64,000 nt of DNA, taken from a virus. Of the stretch, positions 28,161 to 37,945 are shown piece by piece. The notes under the pieces were generated by a model. The model saw nothing but the letters and a program-made list of their open reading frames with translations, ran no database searches and was not told the origin of the DNA. The stretch's first letter is position 1. Each line of letters begins with the position of its first letter. The stretch covers positions 1 through 64,000 of IMG/VR virus record IMGVR_UViG_3300029505_000004. One strand, written 5' to 3'. Position numbers and translations under genes: made by a program.

Positions 28161-29792
28161 TTAAAAGGATTCGTTCTTTGTGTAGATCTCACCTTCGTAC
28201 TTTTCCCATGCAGAACCGTTCCACTTCCAGAATTCACCGGCTTTACTTCCGGAGATACCAGTACATGCCTGTTTCAGATAGAAAATCTGACCTGTCTTTG
28301 GATCAGCAGGCGCGTCTGTTCCGTTGTCGTGAACTGAAACAACTGTTGCACCCGGCAGACTTCCCTTGTAGTCACCTTCTACCCAGATATGTGAGAAGCC
28401 TTTCAACGCCAGAGCATTGATAGAGATCACGGCCTGTCTCTTTGCTTCTTCGCCTTCGATATCTTCGGTAGACTTTTCTTCGTTCTTGTACCAGTATCTT
28501 ACCAGACCTTGCATGTCTAAGATTGCTCCAGAGTTTGCATATCCGATAACATCAAGAGTAGGTTCGTGTTTCAGGTAGAAATCACCGAATACCGTGTGAA
28601 GTTTGGTACAAGAGAATCCCCATGTGGTAGCGGAAGTCATGGTGATATCCTTATGCTTGGTGAAGTCAATGTTCTGGATAGATTCAAGCTGGTCACGGCC
28701 CATCAGCCAGAAAGCTTCTTTTGAACAGTCGGATCCGGTAAATTTCAGTTTGGCCAGTGCAATGATTTCTTCAAACGTCCAGTTGCCGTCGTGCTGCCAT
28801 TCGCGCTTGATCTGCCATCTGACACCTTCTGTAAAATAAACATCCTGAACTCCCATTTCACCGCGGTCTACTTTCACTTTACCTTTCTGGCCGATCCACA
28901 GCGTTCTGTTGTTCTTACGTCTGTACTGTTTAACAGCGGCTTCTGCAATAGTAGCCTGCTGGAACGGGATTCTCTTTTTCTGATGGTCGAAGTAATCAGA
29001 AACAATCTGGTTCATAATGCTCTTTTGCAGATAAACTCTGTTGGGAGTAGGAACAACAATGTCCGGAGCAACATTTTTCTGGGTTTCAGCACATGCGTTG
29101 CTGAGAATTACCAGCTTAGTTCCTGCTTCAATAGTAGGAACATTACAGTACATATCTGTTGCTTCACTCTTTGGACCGTTGATTGCGCGTACAATCGGGC
29201 TTCCATTTTTTGAACTGTCTTTACCTACGATAAACAGCATAAGGTCTACGCCTTCCAGTTCATTCTGTCCGGTGGGATCATAGCCGTTTACTCCCTTTGC
29301 AAGAATAGTTCCATATTCTTGGAACAAGCCTGCATCTTTGGAAGCTACTTCAATGGTTGCCGTTTCGCTTTCGGCTGCGGTGTATTTTTTTGAAACTTCA
29401 ACAACGGCTTTCTGTTCGTCAATGATGTAGTGGTCTACCTCAAAGCTTTTAACTTTTACCTGACGTTTTGCTTTTCGCATGATACCGTCAAGTACGGTTT
29501 CATCGGTCCCGATTTCAAAAATCTGCTCGTCAATCTCAGGTTGGATAAGTCCGTCACCTCCGACACCGCCGGTTGCCTGTTCAACTCCTGAAACAGTTGT
29601 TGCCTGTCCGGGAATTTGTGTTTCAGCACCGGTATGTCCGGGCTGTGCCTGTGCGCCGCCTTCTGTTACTGCAACGGTAGCCCCTTCTGCTGCAAGCATA
29701 AATGGAGATCCTATCAAAACCGACAGAACTGTCAGGCAGACAGACAAAACGCCCCATTTTTCTTTTTTGATAAATTTGATCAGTTTTTCCAT
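28161..29792 (-). CDS. major capsid protein candidate (543 aa)
   Basis: Follows a scaffold-like acidic gene; the segment IFEIGTDETVLDGIMRKAKRQVKVKSFEVDHYIIDE resembles conserved N-arm regions of HK97-fold capsid proteins (recalled). The hydrophobic N-terminus is unusual. Confidence 0.55.
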   Translation of the reverse strand: MEKLIKFIKKEKWGVLSVCLTVLSVLIGSPFMLAAEGATVAVTEGGAQAQPGHTGAETQIPGQATTVSGVEQATGGVGGDGLIQPEIDEQIFEIGTDETVLDGIMRKAKRQVKVKSFEVDHYIIDEQKAVVEVSKKYTAAESETATIEVASKDAGLFQEYGTILAKGVNGYDPTGQNELEGVDLMLFIVGKDSSKNGSPIVRAINGPKSEATDMYCNVPTIEAGTKLVILSNACAETQKNVAPDIVVPTPNRVYLQKSIMNQIVSDYFDHQKKRIPFQQATIAEAAVKQYRRKNNRTLWIGQKGKVKVDRGEMGVQDVYFTEGVRWQIKREWQHDGNWTFEEIIALAKLKFTGSDCSKEAFWLMGRDQLESIQNIDFTKHKDITMTSATTWGFSCTKLHTVFGDFYLKHEPTLDVIGYANSGAILDMQGLVRYWYKNEEKSTEDIEGEEAKRQAVISINALALKGFSHIWVEGDYKGSLPGATVVSVHDNGTDAPADPKTGQIFYLKQACTGISGSKAGEFWKWNGSAWEKYEGEIYTKNESF

Positions 29793-29828
29793 AATTTTGC
29801 GTGTTATTTTGTGTTTGTGTTGTGGCTG

Positions 29829-30602
29829 TTATGCGTATTTTGCAATGTCAAGAATTGTTTCTTGTTTCTGCTTCGGTTTCTTGGTCTGCTTGGTATTTGT
29901 ACCTAGTCCGGTCGGCAGCCCGTCTCCAATCTTGTCATTTCTCATTTTGTTTACGTTTTCGTTCCTTCCTTTGACTTCTCCGGCCTTCAGTGCATCACTT
30001 ACGTCTGTGTCGTAATTGAAAGCCTTATCCATCATTTCAAGAAGTTCGGGAGTGTATCTTCCGGAAAGAATGGGTGATGCAACCCAATCCCACACCTTAT
30101 CCAGGAATTCATCAACATCATAGCCTTTCTTTTTGCAGAATTGCTCAATTACAGGAGCGGATGTGTCCATGTTGCTTTTGTATTCTCTTTCCCTTGCAGC
30201 ACGTTCTTCAGCTTCTTTCTTACGTTCTTCTTCTGCTGCTGCGATATCATCATATTCCGGCGTTCCTTCTTCTGCTGAAAGGAAATCTCTTCCGTAATAT
30301 CTTACCAGCGCATTACCGCTGCTTCTCTTGCCGCTTACAATATCAGAAAGAACTTGCGCTAAACGGGGATCCTGATTGATAGCATCCGAAAGAATCTTCT
30401 TCTGTTCATCACTCTTGGTGTAGTAGTCGATCAACATTCCGTATGCTCCTTCTTCATCATCAGGGTTATATCCCTGCATCCTTTCCATCATCATTGAGTT
30501 AAACCGTTCTTTGTTGGTCGGTTTTCTCTCTGTTTCACTGGCTGCGGTTTCCTGTTCCGCTGCTGTTTTAGCCATTTCTTCTTTATCCATTTTTGCAGTC
30601 AT
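29829..30602 (-). CDS. scaffolding-like acidic helical protein (257 aa)
   Basis: E/K/D-rich helical composition, immediately upstream of the capsid candidate. Confidence 0.4.
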   Translation of the reverse strand: MTAKMDKEEMAKTAAEQETAASETERKPTNKERFNSMMMERMQGYNPDDEEGAYGMLIDYYTKSDEQKKILSDAINQDPRLAQVLSDIVSGKRSSGNALVRYYGRDFLSAEEGTPEYDDIAAAEEERKKEAEERAAREREYKSNMDTSAPVIEQFCKKKGYDVDEFLDKVWDWVASPILSGRYTPELLEMMDKAFNYDTDVSDALKAGEVKGRNENVNKMRNDKIGDGLPTGLGTNTKQTKKPKQKQETILDIAKYA

Positions 30603-30731
30603 TTAGTATATATGCAAAGTAAGACTTTAAAGCAATATTAAAGTTGATGATTTGGGTAGTATAATTGACGATTTGGGTAATAAGGCTATTTGTTTGTTTT
30701 TTATTATTATCTTTGTGGAAAGCTGCGTTTT

Positions 30732-31136
30732 ATGAAAGAGAATTACATTTCAGAACTTCGACGACAGCATATAACAGACGCGTTCTTTGAAGCAATAAAG
30801 TCTATGAGAAAATTTTCCGTAACACAGGACGATATCATACGTTCGGTTATGATAAAGGGTGCTCCCAGATTTTATGTCAGTTACGAGAACGCCAGACGTT
30901 ATGTCTCGAAGATTGAGAGAGGAAAGCCGCTGGGGCTTAAAAATAAGAACACTATCCTTATGTATCAGGAGTTGCACAGAAGATACAAAGCCTATAAGGA
31001 TAAGACAGGATTGGTCGGTTATTCGATCCTGACAAAGATTTTACAGGAAAAAGCACCTTCCTACTACATTGATCTGAAAACATTCCGGGAAATCATTTAC
31101 AGCTACTACAAAGAAAGGAAGAAATGCCAGTCATAG
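30732..31136 (+). CDS. hypothetical protein (134 aa); small-terminase candidate by position only
   Basis: ATG at 30732 (MKENYISELRR); first gene of the plus-strand packaging cassette. Confidence 0.4.
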   Translation: MKENYISELRRQHITDAFFEAIKSMRKFSVTQDDIIRSVMIKGAPRFYVSYENARRYVSKIERGKPLGLKNKNTILMYQELHRRYKAYKDKTGLVGYSILTKILQEKAPSYYIDLKTFREIIYSYYKERKKCQS

Positions 31137-31609
31137 TTGTTCTATTTATTATTTGGCTGCTTTCTTTTTTCTATCCGATCGAAATGCTGGCCGTTACAAA
31201 CCACTCTTCTTGGTGGACGCTATTCACATATAATCTGGTACATACTTACTTTCTTCATCTTGCGGTTAATTGCTTTGTGTTCTGGACTTATTACCGCGTT
31301 CTTCATAAATCTGATCTTAAATTTTTGCTTCCGGCCTGTGTTATAATACCGGCCATATCCGGATATCTATCGGCTAAAGATGTTCCAACTTGCGGATTTT
31401 CCGCTGTTATTTCCGTGATAATGGGATATTATCTTTCTGGCATAAACAAGAAGCTTTTTCTGAAATCCATTTCACTTATTATTTTTTCTTATGTTTTTAC
31501 CGGCTTGTTTGCGCACGGGGTAAACACACTCATCCATGTGTACAGCTTTTCATCCTCGTATCTGGCTAGCCTAGTTTACAGGAGGATATTATGCAGGCGC
31601 AGGAAATAA
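31124..31609 (+). CDS. rhomboid-family intramembrane serine protease homologue (161 aa, 6 predicted TM)
   Basis: SWWTLFTYNLVHTYFLHLAVNCF fits the rhomboid WR-loop/TM2 H-x4-H-x3-N motif; GFSAVISVIMGYY fits TM4 GxSG-like with Ser; FAHGVNTLIH fits the TM6 His. Confidence 0.65.
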   Translation: MPVIVVLFIIWLLSFFYPIEMLAVTNHSSWWTLFTYNLVHTYFLHLAVNCFVFWTYYRVLHKSDLKFLLPACVIIPAISGYLSAKDVPTCGFSAVISVIMGYYLSGINKKLFLKSISLIIFSYVFTGLFAHGVNTLIHVYSFSSSYLASLVYRRILCRRRK

Positions 31610-33606
31610 TAAAGAAAAACCTTGAAAGGCTCAAAGTAATTGAATCGCCTTACAATCCTCTTACCGGTGAAGGATCTTTTTCTATTGAGAGAGTAAAGGT
31701 AGCATGTGAAGATTTTCCTTTGAAGGGAATGTGGCTTCCGGTGGAATTTGCCAATACCGGCTTCTGTCAGGTTCTCATGTCTCTTGGAATACGTCTGTAC
31801 ATTGAAAGAATAATGCAGCAGGCGTATACAGAATACATGGCTAATCTTCTGTATGTTGAATTTTGTCGGCAGAGATTTCTGTATGATTTTGAATTCTGGG
31901 CATACAGTACCGCTCTTATTTCTCCAAAGGGGGGTGGAGAGGATATACACTTCCTTCTTAACAGGGCACAGAGGACCTATCTTTGTACTCTGGAAAAGCT
32001 TAGAAAGAATAATGAACCTATCAACATAATACTTTTGAAAGCCCGGCAATGGGGCGGATCTACTCTTACTCAGATATACATGCTTTGGATCCAGATCATT
32101 CATAGGAAGAACTGGAACAGTGTTATATGCGGTGATGTAGAATCCCAGTCAAACATTGTTTCGGGTATGCTTTCCAAAGTAATAGAACATTATCCCACAT
32201 GGGCTACAAATGGTATTTCTTTGAAAACTACTCCGTTTGAAGGATCATCTAAAACAAGACAGATACAGTATTGTCAGTGTCTTTACTCAATCGGATCGGC
32301 CCAGAAACCGGATAGCCTTCGTTCTCAAAATATATCTATGGCCCACCTGACAGAGGTGGGTTTGTGGAAGGAAACGAAAGGTAAAAAGCCTGAAGATCTT
32401 GTACAGTCTATTTTTGGATCAATCAATGACGGCCCTTACACAGTCAAGGTTCTTGAATCTACCGCCAAAGGTGTAGGAAACTATTTTCACAGAACATGGC
32501 TGAAAGCTGTAAAGGGAGAAAACGACTTTACACCCGTATTTATCCCGTGGTTCCTGATTGATATGTACTCTACTTACATAGGATATCAGAACTATCTGGA
32601 TTTCATAGAATCAATGGATGAATACGAACACTACCTTTTTGAGTTGGGTGCTACTCTTGAAGCTATTGCCTGGTATCGGAAAAAGAAAAAAGGAATGGTT
32701 GAGGAATGGCGTATGTGTTCTGAATATCCTTCTGATCCGAAAGAAGCATTTCAGTCAACCGGCCGCCCGTTCTTCCCCAGACAATATGTTGAACAGTGTC
32801 GTAAATCCTGTATGGATCCGGCTTTCTATGGAGAATTTGTCGGTGACGCAACTAAAGGAGAAAAAGCATTTGAAAATATACGGTTTGTTGAAGTCGAAAA
32901 ACCGAAACAGAGAGAAAATGCGCTGCATGTATGGATGCTTCCAGACAAATCAAAAGGGCTTTACAGATACAGATATATTGTTTCTGTTGATATTGGTGGT
33001 ACTGGAGATCAGGCAGACTACTCTTCGATTAAAGTATTTGACCGGCTTCCCATGATTGAAGGCGGTATTCCGGAAGTAGTTGCCGAATGGCATGGTCATA
33101 TCGAACACGACCTTTTGATATGGAAAGCTGCCCAGATAGCTAAAGCTTATGACACGGCTTTACTTGTCATTGAATCCAATACATTAGAGACAGAAGGAAC
33201 AGAAGGAGACAATTTTGAATATGTGCTTGATGAAATTGTTGATTTCTATCCCGACCTGTATAGCCGCACAAGTCCGGAACAGATCAAACAGGGAGCACCG
33301 GTTAAATATGGTTTCCACACCAACCCTTCAACCAAGCCAATGGTTACCGGGTTCCTGAAGGCTGCCATGCGTGATTGCCTGTACATAGAACGAAGCTTAG
33401 AAACAACGTTTGAATACGACCAGTTTGAAATCAAAGAGGATGGCAAAAAGACTGGTGCTGTTGAGGGTTGCCATGACGACCGTGTAATGTCTACCGCAAT
33501 AGGCGTATATGTTTGCTATAAGACAGAGAAACCATACAGGATTGCACAAAAAAATACGGGCCTTCAAAAGAGAAAAACCCGTATTGTTTCCGAAGCTTCC
33601 GTTTAA
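31591..33606 (+). CDS. terL: terminase large subunit
   Basis: 671 aa; P-loop-like LKARQWGGSTLT; ...MAHLTEVG Walker B/coupling region; C-terminal nuclease acidic residues VSVDIGG and CHDDRVMS. Confidence 0.8.
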   Translation: MQAQEIIKKNLERLKVIESPYNPLTGEGSFSIERVKVACEDFPLKGMWLPVEFANTGFCQVLMSLGIRLYIERIMQQAYTEYMANLLYVEFCRQRFLYDFEFWAYSTALISPKGGGEDIHFLLNRAQRTYLCTLEKLRKNNEPINIILLKARQWGGSTLTQIYMLWIQIIHRKNWNSVICGDVESQSNIVSGMLSKVIEHYPTWATNGISLKTTPFEGSSKTRQIQYCQCLYSIGSAQKPDSLRSQNISMAHLTEVGLWKETKGKKPEDLVQSIFGSINDGPYTVKVLESTAKGVGNYFHRTWLKAVKGENDFTPVFIPWFLIDMYSTYIGYQNYLDFIESMDEYEHYLFELGATLEAIAWYRKKKKGMVEEWRMCSEYPSDPKEAFQSTGRPFFPRQYVEQCRKSCMDPAFYGEFVGDATKGEKAFENIRFVEVEKPKQRENALHVWMLPDKSKGLYRYRYIVSVDIGGTGDQADYSSIKVFDRLPMIEGGIPEVVAEWHGHIEHDLLIWKAAQIAKAYDTALLVIESNTLETEGTEGDNFEYVLDEIVDFYPDLYSRTSPEQIKQGAPVKYGFHTNPSTKPMVTGFLKAAMRDCLYIERSLETTFEYDQFEIKEDGKKTGAVEGCHDDRVMSTAIGVYVCYKTEKPYRIAQKNTGLQKRKTRIVSEASV

Positions 33607-35585
33607 GCTGCTTGTTGTATTATTCCGTCTTGTGGAGAAGCATTTGCATCGTTCATCATCTTCTCCATAAGTGCCGGATTTTGACTTGCTATCTGTTGCA
33701 TCAGTGCCGGATCCATCTGTGTCATGTTCTGGTTTTCTGCCATTTCCTGCTCTGCACGTTTGATACTTTCCAATATCTTTGATGCAAAAGGCAGACTGGA
33801 GTTTTCCAGCAAGGTCTTTACGTTGATAGCCTGCATTTCAAACAGCTTCATCAGGAATTCGTTTTCAAGCATTTGGAATGTAGGTGTATTTGTTCCTTCT
33901 GTAAGTTCAAGATCAAGCTGCGCACCCTGAACCTTCTCCGGATCGTAATATTTAGATTCTTCAGAATAATCTTTTCCTCCCAATTCTATATATCTGGGCG
34001 AATCATAATATTGCTGAATGGTCTGCATCAGCTTGAGATCTCTCCTTTTCCGGAAGGCTTTAAACGAATCGAACAAACCTTTCAGGTTCATAGATGCGTT
34101 TTCTGTCTGTTGTGCATAAAGAGAAGCGGCAGTTCCGGATGAAGGATCCTTTCCCTGCATAGCTGAGTTTACACCGGCAATATCATTGATCAGTTTTAAC
34201 TGAAGGCTTAACAGTTCATAGTCCCCCTGAATGGCTCCGGATCCGTTAAGCTGTGTAATGACTGAACGAATGTCTTTACCCGGTTTCAGTCGGCAGAAAA
34301 GAACTCCGTTATATCTTACGTATTCATCAATGATTTCTTCCCGGCTCATGCTGTCGAATGCATCTTCATCCACAACTACCAGACCTTTTGCTGAAGAAGA
34401 ACGTATAAAGTCTATCAGCGTCATGGTACGGTTGATACTTCTCTGCTGGTCGATAAAGTCCTCTATGAAATTGAATATCTTTCCGTGTATGATAGGATAA
34501 GCATGAAATACATAGTTGTGCTGGCCGTGCCAGTATGGGCTTCTTCCTTCCTGCAAAACATCACCCCACGGGGAAAGATATCTGTAATACCAGTATCTTT
34601 CTACTTTGAATTCGTATTCTATCAAAAGAATATCTTCCTCTTCTACTCCAGCTTCAAGTGCTTCGGATATTCTTTTCTGGTTTATGTATTCCAGCTTATT
34701 TACTTCGTTCAATCCGACAAAGCCCCAGCTTCCATCAAGCGTGTCGTGGTAGAAATATGCGTCCCTGCTCTCCAGCTTCCAGCCTAGGATAACCCGGCAA
34801 AGATCTACTTCTGCAGGTGTGTAAAAATCGGCATTTTTCTGGTTGTAACCCTGTACACCGTCAACGAATGATCTTCTTGGGTGATCATTGGTTCCATATA
34901 TGCTTTCCAGCCATTCACGATCCTTTTTACTCTTTGCAAAGGCCGCGACTACCTGTTCAAAGTCCATATCAAAGATTTCACCGATGCAGGTTATATCCCA
35001 TCCTCGCTGATCTTCTATGTTTGTATTGAAAAATAGCCGTGAGGGATCAACATTGTAAACCCATGCATCATTCATGTGCTTGTACTCGTTGTACCCGAAC
35101 TCTATTCTTTGTGCAATGTAGCCGCCACATTCCAGAACCATAAGGCTGGCTGCGTCCAGTTCTGTGATCTCGTTAAGTGACTGAGCATATTCCATTGCAA
35201 TACTCATCATTTCACCGATCTTTGCTTCATCCCGATCTCTTACCGAGCATATAGGTTTTGTTACGTTTCTTCTGAACTGGCCTTCTATGTTCTTAACAAT
35301 CGGTGCTATCATGTTGTTTTTCAAAGGAACCTTACCATTTTTCTTGATAAGTTCTCCTTCAGTCATCATCTTGCCGGTGTCCGGATCCTTTATATAGTCT
35401 CCCCATTGATCTTCTTTCGCATACATCAGGGATCTTTCCATTTTCTTACGGGCAGTGTAAAGGCTGCTCCAGTATGAAGCAAACTCTTCAAGTTCCTCAT
35501 ACGCCGTTCCTCTTGTGCGGTAAACGGTTTCTTTTGTCCTGTCGTCCCGCTTCGGCTTTACAGATCTGTTTAAGAATTTATTCAT
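33603..35585 (-). CDS. portal protein candidate (660 aa)
   Basis: Size, adjacency to terL and to the ejection-protein genes, Q/M/A-rich C-terminal tail; no motif verified. Confidence 0.5.
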   Translation of the reverse strand: MNKFLNRSVKPKRDDRTKETVYRTRGTAYEELEEFASYWSSLYTARKKMERSLMYAKEDQWGDYIKDPDTGKMMTEGELIKKNGKVPLKNNMIAPIVKNIEGQFRRNVTKPICSVRDRDEAKIGEMMSIAMEYAQSLNEITELDAASLMVLECGGYIAQRIEFGYNEYKHMNDAWVYNVDPSRLFFNTNIEDQRGWDITCIGEIFDMDFEQVVAAFAKSKKDREWLESIYGTNDHPRRSFVDGVQGYNQKNADFYTPAEVDLCRVILGWKLESRDAYFYHDTLDGSWGFVGLNEVNKLEYINQKRISEALEAGVEEEDILLIEYEFKVERYWYYRYLSPWGDVLQEGRSPYWHGQHNYVFHAYPIIHGKIFNFIEDFIDQQRSINRTMTLIDFIRSSSAKGLVVVDEDAFDSMSREEIIDEYVRYNGVLFCRLKPGKDIRSVITQLNGSGAIQGDYELLSLQLKLINDIAGVNSAMQGKDPSSGTAASLYAQQTENASMNLKGLFDSFKAFRKRRDLKLMQTIQQYYDSPRYIELGGKDYSEESKYYDPEKVQGAQLDLELTEGTNTPTFQMLENEFLMKLFEMQAINVKTLLENSSLPFASKILESIKRAEQEMAENQNMTQMDPALMQQIASQNPALMEKMMNDANASPQDGIIQQAA

Positions 35586-35644
35586 GTTTGTGTGATTTTT
35601 TACAAAACTAGCTTATTTTCAAATACTAAAGTTGAAATATTGGG

Positions 35645-35680
35645 AAAAGCGGTACGTCATTATGGCGCACCGCTTTTTTC
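35645..35680. terminator. hairpin between the 750-aa ORF and the portal gene
   Basis: GCGGT(A)CG ... CG(C)ACCGC stem with A/T runs on both sides. Confidence 0.35.
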
Positions 35681-37933
35681 TTATTTCACTTCTTCAAGAA
35701 GTTCTCGTCTGGTTTCTATAATCATATCCTCTATTTCTTTTCGATCTTCTCCTTGAGATTCTTTTGCCATATCGTTTAGTTTTTTCAACTTCTTCTGATA
35801 TGGTTTGTATTTCTGGTATTTATCATACAGATCAGAATTCAGCATTTCTTTATACTCATCTTTGTTTCCGCTTTTCTTTACACCATTAAGTTCATACTTA
35901 AACTGGTCCATTTCATCACGGAGATTAAAGTATTCTGTATTGATTCCAGAAAAAGCATTTCTTTCATCAACAGTATTAAGGAACCTGTTTACAATAGGAA
36001 CATTTCTCATCACCAGATCTTCATCTTTCTGCTGTTCGATTAATGACTTTCCACCATAATATATCGTTTTCCCAGCCTGATTGAATGTTTTGGCCATACC
36101 GCCAAAATAAGATTCAAGAAGGTGTTCTACTTTGGCAGGATTGAAATCTATAAATCCTTTTCGGAATTCAGATCCCGGACCACTACCGTTGCTGATATCA
36201 TTCAGGAATTTGGAAGTATCAACAAGCCATCCTGACGTACCTTTATAAACTCTCTTCCACTCCGGATCACGTTCGTTAAATGGAGATATCTTTGCTACCG
36301 GTTTCCCGGTGAAGTCCTGATTCCAGACATAAGCCTCAAATATTGGAGACATAATATCAGGCATAAACGTCTTTAAGCCTTCATTCCCTGTTGGATTTAA
36401 AGGCAAAAGATCTGCAAGCTGTCCTACTGTTCCTTTTGCGATATTGGTCGCGGAAGGCTTTTCTTTGCCGGTTGTAATCTGATAAGCATAATCACCCAGC
36501 CCGTAGAAAGCCCTTAATTCAATGGGAAGAGGAATAGTCAAAAACGTATCATTACCTGTATATATACAGAGATTGTTTCTTCTTACCCATTCCGGCAGAT
36601 CATTGTACGGATCATCGTCTCCACCGCCAAAGATACTGTACAATACATTGTTTATCATTGGCATTAAAAATCCTGCTGACATAAATCCGCCTAAAGCTGA
36701 ATAGAACTTAACCGGTTGTTTGTCATACAGTCTTTTAAAATTGGTTAGAGACTGAACAGAAGCATTAAAGAAAAGATACAGGTTTCTGAATATACCCGAA
36801 GTCATTCCAAAAAATCCGCCGGTTTTATATCCGGCCCCTTTCTTGTTAAAGTTTACAGTTACTTCTTTCGCATCATTCACAGATTCCGTAATACTTCTAC
36901 CCATTTGTCTGGAAGTCATGTACGTGGTAAATCGTGAAATATCTTCTGCCCATCTGTTGAAATCCTCAAGTCTGTCTATTGCAAAATCCATAGCCATCTT
37001 TGCGGATCCCATCTCACCGTTTATTTTTGGAAGTTCCTTCCTTACTTTTTTCTTGTACTTTTCAACATCATTCAGGTGCATGTATCCGGTTTCACCGCCA
37101 TTCTCGATAAACTCCTGAAAATATCTGTCAGCTTCGGTGTTATTTGGCTTGCCATTCAGGTTTCTCAATACAACAGGCATGGCTTTCAGTATGTTCTTTC
37201 TGAACCTACTTGAATACTTCCCATCTTCTTTTATGCTTACAGCAACATTGGAAAATATCAGGTCTCTTACAAGGTTGCTTAACACAAAAGCCGGGTTTCT
37301 GGTAGTGAAGTTAGCCGCCAACCATCTGTTTGCAGTTGCAATGGATCTGAATATCGGGTTCTGTTCTACATTCGGGTTAGTCAATCCATTGATTGCCTGC
37401 GCTGCTCTTGGATTTCCATTAATGTATATAATATAATCTTTCCCGCCATTCTTTACCTGAACAACATGCTGGGAGATGTTGTTTTTATTGATCCTATAAT
37501 TTATATTAAGACCATTTGACTTTTGTGTTGCACGCCCCTCATTTTTTAATTGCTTCATCTGCTCTTCGTGATTTTTGATCTTTTCAGCAATAGTTTCAGC
37601 GTTGTCGCTTTCTTGAATGTATGGCATAGATATATTCCATTCATCTTTTACCGGATCATATACATACCAAGCCTTTTTCAATGTAGCTATATCAGTAGGA
37701 TGATTTATAACCATACTCATAAAACTTTGCTTCATCATGTTTCTGTTGCCTTGCATGATAGCACTTTCGGCCATATTTCCAATTGTGGCAAATATTTCAT
37801 CAGGAATACTCTTTCTTCCCTTTGCGGATTTCAGTACAGAACTTACAGGATTTCTTTCTGAATCAATATATTCATAAACATCTTCTGCTGTCTGTTCATC
37901 CCATCCGCGCAAGGGTACATAATACATGTACAT
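35681..37933 (-). CDS. 750-aa ORF: C-terminal portion of the IS-split polyvalent virion protein gene (may still be translated from its own ATG)
   Basis: The four codons between the IS end (37946) and ATG 37933 (GINN) are open and in frame; after in-silico IS removal they join the giant ORF in frame. Confidence 0.6.
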   Translation of the reverse strand: MYMYYVPLRGWDEQTAEDVYEYIDSERNPVSSVLKSAKGRKSIPDEIFATIGNMAESAIMQGNRNMMKQSFMSMVINHPTDIATLKKAWYVYDPVKDEWNISMPYIQESDNAETIAEKIKNHEEQMKQLKNEGRATQKSNGLNINYRINKNNISQHVVQVKNGGKDYIIYINGNPRAAQAINGLTNPNVEQNPIFRSIATANRWLAANFTTRNPAFVLSNLVRDLIFSNVAVSIKEDGKYSSRFRKNILKAMPVVLRNLNGKPNNTEADRYFQEFIENGGETGYMHLNDVEKYKKKVRKELPKINGEMGSAKMAMDFAIDRLEDFNRWAEDISRFTTYMTSRQMGRSITESVNDAKEVTVNFNKKGAGYKTGGFFGMTSGIFRNLYLFFNASVQSLTNFKRLYDKQPVKFYSALGGFMSAGFLMPMINNVLYSIFGGGDDDPYNDLPEWVRRNNLCIYTGNDTFLTIPLPIELRAFYGLGDYAYQITTGKEKPSATNIAKGTVGQLADLLPLNPTGNEGLKTFMPDIMSPIFEAYVWNQDFTGKPVAKISPFNERDPEWKRVYKGTSGWLVDTSKFLNDISNGSGPGSEFRKGFIDFNPAKVEHLLESYFGGMAKTFNQAGKTIYYGGKSLIEQQKDEDLVMRNVPIVNRFLNTVDERNAFSGINTEYFNLRDEMDQFKYELNGVKKSGNKDEYKEMLNSDLYDKYQKYKPYQKKLKKLNDMAKESQGEDRKEIEDMIIETRRELLEEVK

Positions 37934-37945
37934 GTTATTTATTCC

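Noticed and set aside
31576-32103. Minus-strand ORF of 175 aa
   Set aside because: It is antisense to the 5' part of the large terminase gene.
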